This document shows, one piece after another, positions 61,274 through 64,000 of a DNA stretch of 64,000 bases (position 1 is its first letter; every line of letters starts with the position of its first letter). This DNA is from Candidatus Bathyarchaeota archaeon (GTDB lineage Archaea; Thermoproteota; Bathyarchaeia; TCS64): positions 32,001 through 96,000 of the forward strand of contig CAVYLP010000002.1 in the NCBI GenBank assembly GCA_963769425.1. Reading direction: 5' to 3'. The notes below the pieces were generated by a model. The model made no database searches and had not been told where the DNA came from. It was given only the letters and a program-made list of their open reading frames with translations. The position numbers were made by a program, and so were the translations under genes.

Positions 61274-62770
61274 TTAGAACATTTTCGCAATTGGTCTCGA
61301 TGCGATCTTGGTTGACTCAACGGCATAGACTGCGAGGGCTAGTGCCCAGAACCTATCGTCATGTGTTCCCTCTGGGTGGTTGAATAGCAGTTTCCCCGTT
61401 TTAGCTAACTCGTGTCTCTCGACGTTGAGCTCGTGGAATAATTCCGAGTCATAGGGTATGTGAAGGAGTGGTCGTAGGTTCGAGTTGCATGATGGGCACG
61501 TCGTCCTCCATTCTCCCTCCCTCGTGTCGATGTAGCCCTCCCAATCACAGCTTACGCATTCCGCCTTCCTCATCTTCTCCTTGAGGGCAGTCGCCATTGT
61601 CTCTTTGCTCTGATCTGTGAAGTTGATCCCCTCCACATACTTGATTCCGCCTCTATGCATATCCTCGACGATGTAGTCGCCGACGTTGCTATTGTCTGCA
61701 TATATTGACCTTATGGTTCTCCAGTTGTCCTGTAGGCGTTTAACGTAGCCTATGACGGCTCCATAGGCGGTCTCGAGGGGGAAGACGTGGAGGTGGCGAA
61801 GGTACAGGTGGTTTTTGGCGCGTTCGAGGACGGCTACAGCGGTGTAGTCGTTGTGTTTGCCGAAATCAATGCCTAGGAAGAATTCGCCTGTTACTTGATC
61901 TGTTGCTTTGGTATACTCTAGCTGGCTGTCCTGAGCGAGTGTGATGAGGCTTGTTGATAACCAGGCGTTCATGTCCTCGGTCCACTCGCAGAGCATTTCC
62001 CTTCTCCACCGTGAAGGGTCTCCTGCTAGTTGTACCTCGACCATTCGCACAATCTCTGGGCTCAGTGGCCCGTTTGGTGGGAGAGCCTCAGTGTATGGTA
62101 CTTTGTGTTTGCTGAACGAGTCGTATGCCTTATCGTGAAACATCTTGTGGAATATGGAGTCGGTGTTCCAAGGCGTCGACTCCGCTATCAAGTAGCCGTT
62201 CGTTGTGTTAAGAGTGAAGAGGACAGCGGTGTAGAGGTCCGCATCGTCTCTGATGAAGTTCGCCTCCATCAAGTAGACGACCCGAGCGGTGTGGCCTCTT
62301 ATCGTCTCCGGTACCGGTGACTCAGCTAGGATTGTGGAGCCGTTCTTCAACCGTATCACTGTATGTAACAGCTTATCCTTGCCGCATACGAGTTTGAATA
62401 GCTCTAGGTTGTTTGCCTCCATTCTGTGCAGGTGGTCTGTGAGGGCTTTGAAGGCGATGTTTTTGACTTGATCGAATTTTGGGGCCGTGATAAGGACTAA
62501 GCTGTCCCTGTTGAGGAGGGCTAGGTGGAGGAGCTTAGCCATGCCGTTGAAGGTCTTGCCCGTCTGCCTAGCTTGGAGATTTGCTATGAAGTGGGACTCA
62601 TCCCTGAGGAATGGATACATGTAGGGGTAGGGGTCGTAGTAGAGCCAGCGCCTGCAGAACTCAATCGTGTCCTTTGGGATCATCACTTGGCTCGGGTACG
62701 AACTCGACTCGACGCTCTCCCCGACTCGCCTTAATCTTTCGTATCTCCTCCTCAAACTTTCGAAGGTCAC
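61274..62770 (-). CDS. terL: Terminase large subunit-like protein (ATPase plus RNase H-fold nuclease)
   Basis: Walker A ARQTGKT, IRG, Walker B-like VYLME, coupling motif STP; nuclease GIDFG..D, YAD, HDD. Confidence 0.85.
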   Translation of the reverse strand: MTFESLRRRYERLRRVGESVESSSYPSQVMIPKDTIEFCRRWLYYDPYPYMYPFLRDESHFIANLQARQTGKTFNGMAKLLHLALLNRDSLVLITAPKFDQVKNIAFKALTDHLHRMEANNLELFKLVCGKDKLLHTVIRLKNGSTILAESPVPETIRGHTARVVYLMEANFIRDDADLYTAVLFTLNTTNGYLIAESTPWNTDSIFHKMFHDKAYDSFSKHKVPYTEALPPNGPLSPEIVRMVEVQLAGDPSRWRREMLCEWTEDMNAWLSTSLITLAQDSQLEYTKATDQVTGEFFLGIDFGKHNDYTAVAVLERAKNHLYLRHLHVFPLETAYGAVIGYVKRLQDNWRTIRSIYADNSNVGDYIVEDMHRGGIKYVEGINFTDQSKETMATALKEKMRKAECVSCDWEGYIDTREGEWRTTCPSCNSNLRPLLHIPYDSELFHELNVERHELAKTGKLLFNHPEGTHDDRFWALALAVYAVESTKIASRPIAKMF

Positions 62771-63193
62771 TCTCCAACTCCTCCACGTTCACGTCTTTTA
62801 TGATGGTGTATGCCGCGTGTAGGTTTTTGGTCATTGAGTTTATTGCCATGATCTGGAGTGGTTCAAAGTTCTCTGGATCCTCAACGATCATATCCAGTTT
62901 CTTGATTATCGACTCCAGTTTGTGTAGGTACTGAACCCGCTTCTTCCTCGTATTTATGCTGGCTCGTCGAATGGCTCTGGGACCTTGTTTGTCAGCCTTG
63001 CTCTTCCCATCATCCTCCCCTTCACCCTGAGCCTCTCCGTTGTTTCTGTAAGGAGATTCACGTCCTCCCTGATATCCATCAAGTTTGTCCGTATCCTCAG
63101 GAAGATGTTTGTCGTCTCCTGGTCCTCCGCTCCAGTGTCCAGCCATTGTCTTAGCCTCCGCCGCTCTTGATCCGTGAAGATGTAGCTCCGCAT
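62661..63193 (-). CDS. Helical protein(s) upstream of terL, putative small terminase/partner; probable frameshift near 62975
   Basis: ORF 62954-63193 (MRSYIFTDQERRRL..) and the second half of ORF 62661-63203 (..KLESIIKKLD..EELESDLRKFEE) both look protein-like. The latter overlaps the terL start. Confidence 0.55.
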
Positions 63194-63948
63194 CCTGGCT
63201 CACTCCGTGACATCGTTAACATGCGGAAATCAACCCATGTTTCGCTCTAATCCATGGAAAATTAGTTAATTCCCGGAAGATCGAATCCCGTACGAGATAT
63301 CTGGATACCTTGGATTCTCTATCGGTCCTCAGTGAGTTGCCAATTACCACGAGGATTCGGAGGGTGTTATAGTTTCTCTTGGGTCGTTGGTCCTCCGAGA
63401 ACAAGTGTATATGCTTAGCGCAAATTGTCGTTAACGCTCTTTTCACCTCATTTGGAGGATTAGACGAGCTTGATTTAGCTGTAGAACGGCTCCTTGAAGC
63501 ATTTTCTTCTCCCAGTCATTGTCTTCAATGGCTCTACTCTAGGTAGGAGAATGAGATCGCTTAGTTGGATTTTTATCAGATTAAACTTTCCGTTTAATCC
63601 TCCTGAATTGGCTTTTCTTTCATGAATTTAAAAAGGTTTATGGATTACAAAAACAATTTCTGGTGAATGTTAAGTGGTATCCTGCGTTGGTTTAATTAGT
63701 GCATTGTGGACCAAGTAAATGTAATTATAGAGTCGTGTTAATTTTGATCATCTAATATAGAGTTGAACGGTGGAGGGAAGGATTGATTACTGTAATGTTG
63801 GTGGGCCGGGCCGTGTTCATCCCAAAATTGGGGTGAATACCTCCAAATGCGCGCGATAAAAAGTGGAAATAAAACTAGGGAATCGAACTTACAAATGTAA
63901 TCCAGTGAGTCGCAATCAGTATTTTTTAATTCAGTAATATTAATCACT

Positions 63949-63973
63949 TAGCGGACCCGGTGGGATTTGAACC
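63949..63973 (-). mobile_element. Second tRNA 3'-end fragment (att-like scar)
   Basis: Reverse complement GGTTCAAATCCCACCGGGTCCGCTA. The upstream bases ATAGG cannot complete the T-stem with CCCAC, so it is truncated at the T-arm. Confidence 0.65.
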
Positions 63974-64000
63974 TATATGGGTTCAGGTTCTGATTAATAG

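Larger units (their letters stand above)
60647..63973. mobile_element. Terminase-carrying integrated element or provirus remnant between two tRNA scars
   Basis: Visibly more AT-rich than the flanking genes, contains terL, and is bounded by co-oriented tRNA 3' fragments. Confidence 0.6.

Noticed and set aside
63216-63947. ORFs 63216-63446 and 63738-63947 as genes
   Set aside because: Short, AT-rich and motif-free; probably degraded sequence.
60647-64000. Complete provirus or intact tRNA genes
   Set aside because: No capsid, portal, tail or integrase is visible, and both tRNA-like pieces lack D and anticodon arms within the window.

Overview
Archaeal chromosomal window. The gene set and order suggest the TACK group, most likely Bathyarchaeia (inference). 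Most of it is housekeeping and metabolism: RNase P, RNA polymerase and ribosomal genes, the archaeal mevalonate/GGPP cluster, gltX, gcvTH, a por operon, a broken ior operon, pyrF, an aglH/Alg14-Alg13-like/GT2/glmS N-glycan cluster, sulfur-relay genes, endA, truD, rfcSL, an ABC transporter, three amidohydrolases and two tRNAs. About ten genes carry single-base frameshifts or a lone stop, which probably reflects sequencing error. Four things stand out. (1) An ~860-bp intergenic region (5523-6380) has an AT-rich tract next to a ~21-24-bp-periodic array of pseudo-palindromic GATCC..GG(A/G)T units, which is origin-like but has no neighbouring cdc6. (2) A 738-aa protein fuses a CxxCH heme-c site, Ig/carboxypeptidase-regulatory-like repeats, a His-less CcmF/CcsA-like segment and a cytochrome-b-like membrane domain, and lies convergent with ccmF. 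(3) A ~3.3-kb segment between two tRNA 3'-end scars encodes a terminase large subunit (Zn-ribbon insert, variant Walker B), its partner gene and a highly self-complementary noncoding tract, with no capsid, portal or integrase. (4) Several proteins are eukaryote-like: an OSTC/DC2-like protein, an Alg14-Alg13 fusion and a two-domain Rpb5. All calls are from manual reading; no searches were run.
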